Source: Trichodesmium erythraeum IMS101 (GTDB taxonomy: Bacteria; Cyanobacteriota; Cyanobacteriia; Cyanobacteriales; Microcoleaceae). From it: a stretch of DNA of 32,000 nucleotides. The notes beneath the pieces are model-generated. The model saw only the letters and a list, made by a program, of their open reading frames with translations. It was not told the DNA's origin and did not search any database. The stretch spans positions 7,560,001 to 7,592,000 of the forward strand of contig NC_008312.1 of NCBI RefSeq assembly GCF_000014265.1. Reading direction: 5' to 3'. The position numbers and the translations under genes are program-made. Position 1 is the stretch's first letter; each line of letters starts with the position of its first letter. Of the stretch, positions 16,096 through 27,700 are shown in pieces.

Positions 16096-16120
16096 TTAAA
16101 AATTATATTTAGTCAATATC

Positions 16121-16156
16121 CATTTAATTTATAGCTTATAAGCTATAAATTAAATG
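16121..16156. promoter_or_regulatory. Perfect 36-bp palindrome upstream of the PEP-CTERM gene
   Basis: catttaatttatagctta|taagctataaattaaatg. The two halves are exact reverse complements. Confidence 0.5.
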
Positions 16157-16288
16157 CTTTAATCTAATTAATATGTAGCTTTTAATTAAAGAAAAATAGA
16201 GAATTTAGTATTTAAAGGGATTTTAACCTTGACCAATACCAAAGATGTTATAATGGTATAAATACTTAGAACTATAATAGGTAAAACA

Positions 16289-16849
16289 ATGAAAAATATT
16301 TATCAAAAACTAGTTTTTGCTAGTAGCGGAGTAATTCTCAGCTTAAGTCCCTTAACTATGAGTATGCCAGCTGAAGCAGTATCAATGACCAGGTATGACT
16401 TTTCAGTAGAAATTGATGATGGGCCACAAAGTGGCACTATTGGGTCAGGCTATTTTACTTTTGATTCTCTGGGTCAAGAAACTCAAATTGACAGTAATCA
16501 GGTAGTTAAAGAAGTCTTAGATTTTGAGTTCAATTGGTTAAATGAAACCTATGGAGTAGAAGCATTAGATTTTCAAAATGACGCAGATGGTGTTTTATTT
16601 GAAAATGGAGTGTTTCAGGGATTAGATTGGGATTATCGTCCTAGTAGTAGATTGTATTGGGACTTGGAACTGGATGAGTTTGTTTACAATGATTTGAGCG
16701 CTGGTTACTTCAATAGTGAAGGTGAAGGCCTGGTGAGTTATCAGAAAAATGAACCAGTGTCTAGTGTTCCTGAACCAGGAGTTGTCATTGGCTTAGGTTT
16801 AGTAAGTTTGGGATTTTTGCTGAATAAAAAGAAATTATCTAATCGTTAA
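16289..16849 (+). CDS. PEP-CTERM sorting-domain secreted protein
   Basis: N-terminal signal peptide (…SPLTMSMPAEA). C-terminus VPEPGVVIGLGLVSLGFLLNKKKLSNR gives the PEP motif, a TM helix and a basic tail. Confidence 0.8.
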   Translation: MKNIYQKLVFASSGVILSLSPLTMSMPAEAVSMTRYDFSVEIDDGPQSGTIGSGYFTFDSLGQETQIDSNQVVKEVLDFEFNWLNETYGVEALDFQNDADGVLFENGVFQGLDWDYRPSSRLYWDLELDEFVYNDLSAGYFNSEGEGLVSYQKNEPVSSVPEPGVVIGLGLVSLGFLLNKKKLSNR

Positions 16850-17441
16850 ATTAGTAATAAAAATATTTCACTATCAGATTTCTAGAAGTAGATAACAATA
16901 ATAATTAGGGTTAGTTAACCCAGATATCCTAATGACATTTTTTCGAGGGTAAGGGCCAAATAAATTATCCCGTTAATGTATATTGCTTGAATATGGGTTG
17001 ATCATGGCTCAAAATTGCTACTGTGTCCTGGAACTGTAAAAGGAATAGAGTTAAGCTTTTGGGAGTACTGTGTTCTTTTTCTTAATAACCTATTGATTTT
17101 GTCCCTAACCCTGAATTTTTTTTTATATCCAAAAAGTTGTCTGGGAAACCTTAAGAGTTAAAACCCTTAATACTGCTAGATTATACAAGTTATAGTGCCT
17201 GAGAAAAGAGTGAAATTTAATTGTGTCTGGCTACTTATGAGTTGATTTTACTGAAAGGGACGAGAATTTTAGGTTTTTGGGGATAGACGATGATGTGAAA
17301 AAAAATCTTTTACCATGGCCTATACAGAATGGATATAGCAAAAAGTATTTAACAATAGACAGGAGCGATCGCTAACCAGGACTTGAAAAATATGTTCCAT
17401 TAATTGATATCCTGAAAAGCAAAAATCAAGTTATTGAAACT

Positions 17442-19460
17442 ATGCCTGTTGTTAACCCTTCCACTATCATCAACTTTCCCCTAGCTGCCGTAGTTGGACA
17501 AGAAGCAATAAAACTGGCCTTATTATTAGCTGCGGTAGATCCAGGATTGGGAGGAGTGGCCATTGCTGGTCGTCGAGGTACAGCGAAATCTGTAATGGCC
17601 AGAGCTATACATTCCCTTTTGCCTCCTATTGAAATTGTCAAAGGTTCTATTAGTAATTGTAATCCCAACTATCCTGAAGAATGGGATGAGCAAGTTTTAC
17701 AAGAGAGTCCCAACGCTACAGGAGAAGAAATATCTACAGAAGTTATACCTGCACCTTTTATTCAAATTCCTCTGGGAGTGACAGAAGACAGGTTATTGGG
17801 TTCAGTGGATGTGGAAAAATCAGTCAAACAGGGGGAAACTGTATTTCAACCAGGGTTATTAGCTGCTGCTCACCGAGGGGTATTATATGTAGATGAAATT
17901 AATCTCCTTGATGATAATATTGCTAATTTATTACTGACGGTTTTAACAGAAGGCAAAAATCAAATAGAGCGAGAAGGTATTAGTTTTCAACATCCCTGTC
18001 AACCTCTATTTATTGCTACTTATAATCCAGAAGAAGGACCTTTAAGAGAACATTTGCTTGATAGAATAGCGATCGCTCTCTCAGCAGATATGGTCTTAGG
18101 TTTAGACCAACGAGTGGAAGCAGTAGGACAAGCTTTAGATTATGCTAATTCTCCCCAAGCTTTTCTGGAACGATACACGGAAGATATAGATAATCTCAAA
18201 ACTCAAATTCTGTTAGCAAGGGAATGGGTAAAAGAGGTAGTGATCACCCATGAACAAATACTCTATTTAGTAGAAGAAGCAGTTCGAGGAGGAGTACAAG
18301 GACATCGGGCAGAACTTTTTGCTGTGCGAGTTGCTAAGGCATCGGCGGCGTTGGACGGACGAACAACTGTTAATGCTGATGACTTACGCCGAGCAGTGGA
18401 GTTAGTTATTGTGCCACGAGCAACAATAGTGCCAACTCCGCCGGAAGAAGAACAACAACCACCACCGCCACCGCCTCCTCCTCCAGAAGACCAGTCCGAA
18501 CAGGAACAAGATGAACAGGAAGATGAGGAAAAACCTGAACCTCCAGAGGAAGAAGAGGCAAGTATTCCGGAAGAGTTTTTGTTTGATCCTGAGGGAGTGG
18601 TATTGGATGATAGTGTTTTGTATTTTGCTCAAATGGCAAACCGTCAGGGTAAGTCGGGTAGTAGGAGTATAATTTTTTCTGAAGATCGGGGGCGTTATGT
18701 GAAACCAATGTTGCCTAAAGGTAAGGTGCGACGTATTGCTGTGGATGCAACTTTACGGGCGGCTGCTCCTTATCAAAAGTCTAGAAGGGAACGTCAACCA
18801 AACCGCAGGGTTATTGTGGAGCAGGGTGATATGCGGGCAAAACGGTTGGCAAGAAAGGCGGGTGCTTTGGTGGTTTTTGTGGTTGATGCTTCGGGTTCGA
18901 TGGCGTTGAATAGAATGCAGTCGGCAAAGGGTGCGGTGATGCAGTTGTTGACGGAGGCGTATCAGAGTCGTGATCAGGTTTCGTTAATTCCGTTTCGGGG
19001 GGAACAGGCGGAGGTTTTGTTACCGCCGACTCGCTCGATCACTTCTGCCCGAAGACGTTTGGAAAAAATGCCTTGTGGTGGGGGTTCGCCTTTGGCACAT
19101 GGTTTGACTCAGGCGGTGAGAGTGGGTGTGAATGCCAAGCAGTCTGGTGATGTGGGGCAGGTGGTTATTGTGGCTATTACTGATGGGCGGGGGAATATTC
19201 CGTTGGCGCGTTCTTTGGGTGAACCGATGTTGGATGCTGAAAAGCCGAATATTAAGGAGGAGTTATTGGAAATTGCTGGTAAAATTCGGGGTTTGGGAAT
19301 TCAGTTGTTGATGATAGATACGGAGAATAAGTTTGTTTCTACTGGGTTTGCGAAGGAGTTGGCGAAGCAGTCGGGGGGTAAGTATTATCATTTACCGAAG
19401 GCGAGTGATCAGGCTATTGCTGCTATGACTCAGAATGCTCTGAAGGATGCTATTGGGTAA
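17442..19460 (+). CDS. chlD: Magnesium chelatase subunit D
   Basis: 672 aa. AAA+ N-terminal domain ([50 protein letters not shown]). Pro/acidic linker ([24 protein letters not shown]). C-terminal vWA domain with MIDAS motif ([18 protein letters not shown]). Confidence 0.93.
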   Translation: MPVVNPSTIINFPLAAVVGQEAIKLALLLAAVDPGLGGVAIAGRRGTAKSVMARAIHSLLPPIEIVKGSISNCNPNYPEEWDEQVLQESPNATGEEISTEVIPAPFIQIPLGVTEDRLLGSVDVEKSVKQGETVFQPGLLAAAHRGVLYVDEINLLDDNIANLLLTVLTEGKNQIEREGISFQHPCQPLFIATYNPEEGPLREHLLDRIAIALSADMVLGLDQRVEAVGQALDYANSPQAFLERYTEDIDNLKTQILLAREWVKEVVITHEQILYLVEEAVRGGVQGHRAELFAVRVAKASAALDGRTTVNADDLRRAVELVIVPRATIVPTPPEEEQQPPPPPPPPPEDQSEQEQDEQEDEEKPEPPEEEEASIPEEFLFDPEGVVLDDSVLYFAQMANRQGKSGSRSIIFSEDRGRYVKPMLPKGKVRRIAVDATLRAAAPYQKSRRERQPNRRVIVEQGDMRAKRLARKAGALVVFVVDASGSMALNRMQSAKGAVMQLLTEAYQSRDQVSLIPFRGEQAEVLLPPTRSITSARRRLEKMPCGGGSPLAHGLTQAVRVGVNAKQSGDVGQVVIVAITDGRGNIPLARSLGEPMLDAEKPNIKEELLEIAGKIRGLGIQLLMIDTENKFVSTGFAKELAKQSGGKYYHLPKASDQAIAAMTQNALKDAIG

Positions 19461-19462
19461 CT

Positions 19463-19490
19463 TCAGTTATCGGTTATTAGTTATCAGTAG
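19463..19490. repeat. Degenerate heptamer repeat (TCAGTTA-like) x4
   Basis: tcagtta tcggtta ttagtta tcagtag, immediately after the chlD stop codon. Confidence 0.8.
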
Positions 19491-19783
19491 ATACTTATAA
19501 TCTTCTATCATACCAATTTCATCAATTTAGGCTACATTATTTAATATTAATAAGATTATATGATTTCATTATTGAGTATGATGTGTAGCCATACCTAAGG
19601 AAATTGGTAGAATTTCTGAGTTATAACTTCTGATTTTTGAGTTATGGCTTTTAATTTTACTATAGTTTTAAAAAATTTAAGCAAAGCTATAAATTTAAAG
19701 GCTATTGTTCCTTAAGATTGGTTTTGTGTTTCAAAATTGTTATCATAAAAGAGCTGATTTTAAAAACTTACTTAAGAGGTAAA

Positions 19784-20219
19784 ATGCAAACAACATAATA
19801 TGGTGGTTTGTAGAATAGAGTTGCAGTATTCTTCATAGATACAATAATTTTACATTCAAATATCTATTATTATATGTCAATTTGTTGTATTTCCAGTGTT
19901 TCATGCAGCAGGTGGAACAGATGAGGGTGGGCGTATCTTAGGTTAGTGTCTCTGCTGGATTTTCAGTTGGCTTTACCATGCAATCATGGAAAGTTCTGGT
20001 AAACAAAGAACTCTAGGGAAAATAGCAGTAAGATTAGTTGTTACCTATAAGAGGGGTAAGCGCCTAACTTTTTGTAGGTCAGCTTATAGACATTTTGCCA
20101 AGTCGCTTTTTGCCACAATGATGATAGGTTGTATCATTGCAGAATTTACAAAGAAAAAGCAAGCTCTCCATGACATGATAGCAGGTACTATAGTTTATCA
20201 GAGGCGACCATCAAAATAG
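19784..20219 (+). pseudogene. Decayed RDD-family membrane protein gene
   Basis: From ATG 19784 my translation reads MQTT*YGGL*NRVAVFFIDTIILH... with two in-frame stops; the RDD-type R..A..ID motif is present. A frameshift follows, then ...FHAAGGTDEGGRILG*CLCWIFSWLYHAIMESSGKQRTLGKIAVRLVV...QALHDMIAGTIVY. The track ORF 19986-20219 is only the C-terminal fragment. Confidence 0.65.
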
Positions 20220-20252
20220 GCTCCCACTTTTCCTGCTTTTTCTGCTAGTTGT

Positions 20253-20687
20253 ATGAGGTTTTTTATAGGGTTGGTGCTTTTGGGGATAGTTAGCGCTATC
20301 GTTTTACCGTCCTTTTTAAATCAAGCAAATAAAGCTAAACAGAATGAGGCGAAAGAATATATTGCTTCAATGAATAGAGGTCAACAAGCTTATTATACAA
20401 AAAAGGCAGAGTTTTCAGACAACATTTCTGCTCTAGGACTAGAGTTCAATTCAGAAACTGAAAATTACTCATACGATATTAGCAAAGTAGATGATGGTGA
20501 TTATGTTATTTCCACTGCTACTGCTAAAAATAAACAATTAAAAAGTTATTCCGGTATAGTTTATGTTGATGACAATACTACTACATTAATGATTTGTGAA
20601 ACTGACAAACCTTCATTAACAGCACCTGAGGATTTTGAATCTTTTGATATATGTCCGCCAGGCTCTTCTAAATTTATAAAAGATTAA
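20253..20687 (+). CDS. Type IV pilin-like protein with atypical or truncated N-terminus
   Basis: LLGIVSAIVLPSFLNQANKAKQNEAKEYIASMNRGQQAYY resembles cyanobacterial pilin-like proteins. The G|FTLIE prepilin cleavage/methylation motif is absent. Arg sits at the position of the conserved Glu5, and a stop codon lies 11 codons upstream in frame. Confidence 0.5.
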   Translation: MRFFIGLVLLGIVSAIVLPSFLNQANKAKQNEAKEYIASMNRGQQAYYTKKAEFSDNISALGLEFNSETENYSYDISKVDDGDYVISTATAKNKQLKSYSGIVYVDDNTTTLMICETDKPSLTAPEDFESFDICPPGSSKFIKD

Positions 20688-21352
20688 ATCTGAATCAGTA
20701 TTTTACATTGATTTTTTGAGGGCTGGTTTTAGCTAAATTTACTTAATTGTTCAGGGCTTACGCCAACTCGTAAATAATATCCTATCTGTAGAAGGCAAAT
20801 ACTAGATAGGTTGCTTCTGCCTCAGCTTTGTTCTTGTGAAATATCTCTTGACATCTTTCCCGGCCTGATCGAGCTGTAGCTCCGGTGTGGGTTTGCATTT
20901 TACAGGATCCCGCGACTGGCACCAGTAGTCGTACATTTGTCGAATCCTCCGTTTTTTTAAGGAGTGAATGCCCAAGAAGTTACTTACTTGACAATATAAT
21001 AAGATAATAACAACATATTATATTGAAAAAAATCAACTAAAAAGTCGTCCGCTTATGGGCGAGGCTTTAAACCAAAATTTTCGGTACATCATTCCTAATT
21101 GCTATATAGCTATGTACTTAATTTTAGGAAAAAGAGAAACTCTTTTTTTGTACAATAATTCTCGCACATCAAGTATCAAAGAAAATACTTCTTGATTTCT
21201 ATCTTCTCCCTGAATATCACAAGCTTTTTATTCAGTTTCCACGTCTAATTTATCTTCAGTAAAAATAACCTGAGTAAAATAATGCTTTAATGGCGAGAAA
21301 AAATTAATTAATTAATTAATTCGGGAATTTTAGGTTTATGAGTTATCAACAT

Positions 21353-21646
21353 TTAAAAGCTATGGTTAATTTTTTGTTTTTTATCTACTGGAATATAAAC
21401 TACCCAAAGGCTTAAAAGTAGATTTTCTGAATTTGGGGGGCAAACTTTTAAGGCTTGATAGGGATATTCTCTGGGAATTGTCATAAGATCAAAATCAAAA
21501 TCTGCTGAGGACGACTCTTCTTTTCGTCTGTCTGCTAATACTAAGCTAGCAGTAGGATGAGGTTCAGCACTGAATTTATATTTCCCTTCTATCCAATTTG
21601 ATCCTTGATAACTTTCTATAATAGAGTTGTTGGAAATTAAGCCCAA
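21353..21646 (-). CDS. Hypothetical ORF (97 aa, TTG start only)
   Basis: Open frame downstream of the giant gene. No ATG, no recognised family. May be non-coding. Confidence 0.2.
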   Translation of the reverse strand: MGLISNNSIIESYQGSNWIEGKYKFSAEPHPTASLVLADRRKEESSSADFDFDLMTIPREYPYQALKVCPPNSENLLLSLWVVYIPVDKKQKINHSF

Positions 21647-21798
21647 AAAATAGCTAACACCATTATTCGTTTATGTTTATAGTGCTTTTAAGGATTAAAA
21701 TCATGAAAACCTTACTATATTTACTATATAAAGTTTTCATGATCTTAAATTTTCTGACACCAAACAACTCTATTATTCTGTAATTTATTTAATGGAAA

Positions 21799-24700
21799 TT
21801 ACATTCCTACCACATCCCAATTTGAATGGAAACCTCCGGGGTTAACTATAGTATCACGTGTGCCATCATCTTTCATCAACCAAATCTTGTTAGCTACATT
21901 TTCAGTACGCCAGAGAATGTCTGCCACTCCATCAGTATTGAAATCTGCGACTCCAGCGACATCCCAATCTGAATGGAAACCTCCAGGGTTAACTATACTA
22001 TCCCGTGTGCCATCATTTTTCATCAACCAAATCTTGTTAGCTCCATTTTCAGTACGCCAGAGAATGTCTGCCACTCCATCAGTATTGAAATCTGCGACTC
22101 CAGCGACATCCCAATTTGAATGGAAACCTCCAGAGTTAACTATACTATCCCGTGTGCCATCATTTTTCATCAACCAAATCTTGTTAGCTCCATTTTCAGT
22201 ACGCCAGAGAATGTCTGCCACTCCATCAGTATTGAAATCTGCGACTCCAGCGACATCCCAATCTGAATGGAAACCTCCAGGGTTAACTATACTATCCCGT
22301 GTGCCATCATTTTTCATCAACCAAATCTTGTTAGCTACATTTTCATGACGCCAGAGAATGTCTGCCACTCCATCAGTATTGAAATCTGCGACTCCAGCGA
22401 CATCCCAATCTGAATGGAAACCTCCAGGGTTAACTATACTATCCCGTGTGCCATCATTTTTCATCAACCAAATCTTGTTAGCTCCATTTTCAGTACGCCA
22501 GAGAATGTCTGCCACTCCATCAGTATTGAAATCTGCGACTCCAGCGACATCCCAATTTGAATGGAAACCTCCAGGGTTAACTATACTATCCCGTGTGCCA
22601 TCATTTTTCATCAACCAAATCTTGTTAGCTCCATTTTCAGTGCGCCAGAGAATGTCTGCCACTCCATCAGCATTGAAATCAAACTGCACGGGAGCTTTGT
22701 TTTCCGTGATATTTACAGTGACATCACTTATACTGATACCATTGTAGTCTCCATCGCTATTGCTAACGTTATGACTAATTATACTGGTGTGATAACTTTC
22801 ATTCTCTCTGTCTTTTTCTGCTTCAACAGTAATGGTTTGAGGAGTATCCCAGTTGGCATCTGTAAAGGTTATAGAGTTGATTTTTTTGACCTCTGCATCT
22901 GTGGTAAAATCAATGGTTACATCTGAAGTAGGCTCAGTTTCAAGAACTATCTGATAAGTATCTGTGGTACCACCTTCAGTTACATCAGTACTGCCATCAG
23001 TTTCGGTAATAGTGACCCCAGGAGTTGAAGTAGTTATGGTGGTTTCAATAGTCAGCTCATAACTACCAAAGCCGGAACCAGAACCGCTACCTTCCGTATT
23101 GGGGTCGTAAGAGCTATTCATCTCACCACTAATACCCAAATAGAACGTGCCGGTTTCCGGAGCAGAGAAAGTACCTTGACCAGGCTCGCTTCCTGGGTTC
23201 CTAGGAATCTCATTTCCTGTAGAGTCAAACACTCGCACTGTCGCCATACCCATGGGCATGTTCTTTTCATCGAACAATTCTGGCAAGTTAAAGTTAACTT
23301 TTTCCCCAATGTAGAGGTCGAACTTAAATAGGTCTACATCTTCCTCTTGTAGGATATTGGTATTGTCGCCGACTTCGCCACTAAAGTTGTAGATGCCTGG
23401 GTTGGTCAAATTTAGTCCGGTGTCGGTGGCATCCGTTAAGATGTCGTTGGCTTCCTCATTTCCCATAGTCCGACCCATGGTTTCAATAGTCAAGTCATAA
23501 CTACCAAATCCCAAACCAGAACCGCTACCTTCGGTATTGGGGTCGTAAGAGCTATTGCCATCACCACTAATACCCAAATAGAACGTGCCGGTTTCCGGAG
23601 CAGAGAAAGTACCTTGACCAGGCTCGCTTCCTGGGTTCGTAGGAATCTCATTTCCTGTAGAGTCAAACACTCGCACTGTCGCCATACCCATGGGCATGTT
23701 CTTTTCATCGAACAATTCTGGCAAGTTAAAGTTAACTTTTTCCCCAATGTAGAGGTCGAACTTAAATAGGTCTACATCTTCCTCTTGTAGAATATTGCTA
23801 TTGTCGCCGACTTCGCCGCTGAAGTTGTAGATGCCTGGGTTGGTCAAATTTAGTCCGGTGTCGGTGGCATCCGTTAAGATGTCGTTGGCTTCTTCATTTC
23901 CCATAGTCCGACCCATGGTTTCAATAGTCAAGTCATAACTACCAAAGCCGGAACCATAACCGCTACCTTCCGTATTGGGGTCGTAAGAGCTATTCATCTC
24001 ACCACTAATACCCAAATAGAACGTGCCGGTTTCCGGAGCAGAGAAAGTACCTTGACCAGGCTCGCTTCCTGGGTTCCTAGGAATCTCATTTCCTGTAGAG
24101 TCAAACACTCGCGCTGTCGCCATACCCATGGGCATGTTCTTTTCATCGAACAATTCTGGCAAGTTAAAGTTAACTTTTTCCCCAATGTAGAGGTCGAACT
24201 TAAATAGGTCTACATCTTCCTCTTGTAGAATATTGCTATTGTCGCCGACTTGGCCGCTGAAGGTGTAGATGCCTGGGTTAGTCAAACTTAGCCCAGTGTC
24301 GGTTGCTTCAGTTAAGGTATCGTTGGGTTCCCCATCTCCCATAGTCCTATCAATAGTTTCAATAGTCAGCTCATAACTACCAAAGTTGGAACCAGAACCG
24401 CTACCTTCGGTATTGGGGTCGTAAGAGATATTGCCATCACCACTAATACCCAAATAGAATGTCCCTGGTTCCGGAGTCAAGAAAGTACCTGTACCTGCTT
24501 CAGTTCCATAGTCCCAATCAATCTCTATACCTGTGGAGTCAAACAGTCGCACTGTGGCCTGGCCAATGGGGGAGTTATTTTCATCTAACAATTCTGGCAA
24601 GTTAAAGTTGACTTCTTCGCCGATGTCGAGGTCGAACTTAAATAGGTCTACATCTTCCTCTTGTAGAATATTGCTATTGTCGCCGACTTGGCCACTGAAG

Positions 24701-27700
24701 GTGTAGATGCCTGGGTTAGTCAAACTTAGCCCAGTGTCGGTTGCTTCAGTTAAGGTATCGTTGGGTTCCCCATCTCCCATAGTCTTATCAATAGTTTCAA
24801 TAGTCAGCTCATAACTACCAAAATTGGAACCAGAACCGCTACCTTCGGTATTGGGGTCGTAAGAGATATTGCCATCACCACTAATACCCAAATAGAATGT
24901 CCCTGCTTCCGGAGTCAAGAAAGTACCTGTACCTGCTTCAGTTCCATAGTCCCAATCAATCTCTATACCTGTGGAGTCAAACAGTCGCACTGTGGCCTGG
25001 CCAATGGGGGAGTTATTTTCATCTAACAATTCTGGCAAGTTAAAGTTGACTTCTTCGCCGATGTCGAGGTCGAACTTAAATAGGTCTACATCTTCCTCTT
25101 GTAGAATATTGCTATTGTCGCCGACTTGGCCACTGAAGGTGTAGATACCTGGGTTAGTCAAACTTAGCCCAGTGTCGGTTGCTTCAGTTAAGGTATCGTT
25201 GGGTTCCCCATCTCCCATAGTCCTATCAATAGTTTCAATAGTCAGCTCATAACTACCAAAGTTGGAACCAGAACCGCTACCTTCCGTATTGGGGTCGTAA
25301 TAGCTATTGCCATCACCACTAATACCCAAATAGAATGTGCCTGCTTCCGGAGTCCAGAAAGTACCACCTGGTTCAGGTCCATAATCCCAATAGTCCCAAC
25401 TAATCTCATATCCTGTGGAGTCAAACAGTCGCACTGTGGCCGGGCCATTGGGGTTTTCATTATCAACCCACAATTCTGGCAAGTTAAAGTTGACTTCTTC
25501 TCCGATGTCGAGGTCGAACTTAAATAGGTCTACATCTTCCTCTTGTAGAATATTGCTATTGTCGCCGACTTGGCCACTGAAGGTGTAGATACCTGGGTTA
25601 GTCAAACTTAGCCCAGTGTCGGTTGCTTCAGTTAAGGTATCGTTGGGTTCCTCATTTCCCATAGTCCGACCGATAGTTTCAATAGTCAGCTCATAACTAC
25701 CAAAATTGTAACCATAACCACTACCTTCGGTATTGGGGTCGTAATAGCTATTGCCATCACCACTAATACCCAAATAGAATGTGCCTGCTTCAGCAGTCCG
25801 GAAAGTACCACCTGGTTCAGGTCCATAATCCCAATAGTCCCAACTAATCTCATATCCTGTGGAGTCAAACACTCGCACTGTGGCCGGGCCATTGGGGTTT
25901 TCATTATCAACCCACAATTCTGGCAAATTAAAGTTGACTTCTTCGCCGATGTCGAGGTCGAACTTAAATAGGTCTACATCTTCCTCTTGTAGAATATTGC
26001 TATTGTCGCCGACTTGGCCGCTGAAGGTGTAGATGCCTGGGTTCGTCAAACTTAGCCCAGTGTCGGTTGCTTCAGTTAAGGTGTCGTTGGGTTCCTCATT
26101 TCCCATAGTCCGACCGATAGTTTCAATAGTCAGCTCATAACTACCAAAATTGTAACCATAACCACTACCTTCGGTATTGGGGTCGTAATAGCTATTGCCA
26201 TCACCACTAATACCCAAATAGAATGTGCCTGCTTCAGGAGTCCAGAAAGTACCACCTGGTTCAGGTCCATAATCCCAATAGTCCCAACTAATCTCATATC
26301 CTGTGGAGTCAAACAGTCGCACTGTGGCCTGGCCATTGGGGTTTTCATTATCAACCCACAATTCTGGCAAGTTAAAGTTGACTTCTTCGCCGATGTCGAG
26401 GTCGAACTTAAATAGGTCTACATCTTCCTCTTGTAGAATATTGCTATTGTCGCCGACTTGGCCACTGAAGGTGTAGATGCCTGGGTTAGTCAAACTTAGT
26501 CCAGTATCGGTCGCTTCAGCTAAGGTGTCGTTGGGTTCATCCCCAATTCGAGAACCTGTAGTTTCAATGGTTAAGTCATAGTTGCCTGCTATAGAACCAT
26601 AACCACTACCTTCTATATTGGGGTCATAATTTGTATTACCAGTACCACTAATGCCAAGATAGAATGTACCTATTTCTAATGCTTGATAGGTAAGAGAGTT
26701 AGGGTCTGGGTAAGAAGATAATGATATATGGCTTCCTGTAGAATCAAACAATCTGATTTCAGCATTACCAACAAAATTACCGTCATCATCCAATATTTCT
26801 ACATTCGAGGATAAACTAACTGTTTCTCCTGCATCCAAGTCAAACTTAAATAAATCTACATCATGTTGTTGCAGGAGATTAGTGTTGTCACCAATTTTAC
26901 CAGAATATGTATATGTACCTGGGTTAGTTAGGGTAAGTCCAGTGTGAGTCGCTCGTGTTATAGTATCATTTGGTTCTTTAAATATAATCGAAACTACATC
27001 GTCACCTCCAAGTGCTGAAATTGGATAATTGTTGATTGTCCGTAAAAGTGTGCCAAAGCGATCAAATACATCGATGTTAGCTGAGCTGTTGTTACCTATA
27101 TAAATCTCGTTATCAACAACAGCAACTCCATTGCTATTGTTAGAGATAGAAAAAGAATTGGTAACTAAACCTGTTGTCGGATTTATTTCTAAAAGTTGTT
27201 CTGGATATTCATTAATTGCTAGTAAGGCATTAGGCCCTGTAATTCCTGCTAGTCCTCGACTTAGTGATACGGGGAAGTTATTAATTCCATCAATATCTAA
27301 CGTCCTAGTAACTTCATCTATTACAGGATCGAACTCCAGAATATCCCCGTCCCCATAGTCTAATATATAAACCTTTCCTTCCAGAACTGCTAAACCTTCA
27401 AAAACACCATAATCAGAAATGGGATCGCTATCCCTTACTGCTCCTGTATCTGGGTTTAGTTCCCATAGCTTGGTACTGTAACCATTATTCTCAACAAAGA
27501 ATAAACTATTACCGTCAAAAGCTAAACCTTTACTTTCTGATGAAAATGTTTCGGGGGCTAAGAAATTATTAATTTCTTCTCCTGTTTCAGGGTTTAACTC
27601 AACTATTTGATTAGAACCGTCATCCTTAAAAGCAAACAAGCGTTCGCTCTCAATTTGACCCATCTGCCGACCAATAGTTTCAATAGTTAAGCCATAGCTA

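Larger units (their letters stand above)
15638..16107 (-). repeat. Three tandem copies of a structured ~130-150 bp cassette (copy 1 diverged; copies 2 and 3 nearly identical)
   Basis: Copies are anchored at gtccct 15647, 15821 and 15973. All three share the core ATAACTAT(T)CAGGGTGCATCTA. Copies 2 and 3 differ by only a few bases over about 140 bp. Confidence 0.9.

Noticed and set aside
18430-18570. Proline/glutamate-rich low-complexity tract in chlD as a possible repeat expansion or insertion
   Set aside because: A Pro-rich acidic linker between the AAA+ and vWA domains is a normal, conserved feature of ChlD/BchD.
17426-18708. Minus-strand ORFs 17426-17668, 18402-18632 and 18406-18708
   Set aside because: They are antisense to chlD. 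The latter two are kept open only by the GAA/CCN-rich linker region.
20890-20925. Resemblance of ggatCCCGCgACTGg to the cobalamin riboswitch core (CCCGCCACTG)
   Set aside because: It has one mismatch in the core. The flanking conserved elements (GGTG..AATCC, B12 box) are absent, and there is no suitable downstream gene.
21301-21322. (TTAA)n microsatellite aattaattaattaattaatt
   Set aside because: It is real but trivial AT-rich simple sequence, with no functional inference possible.
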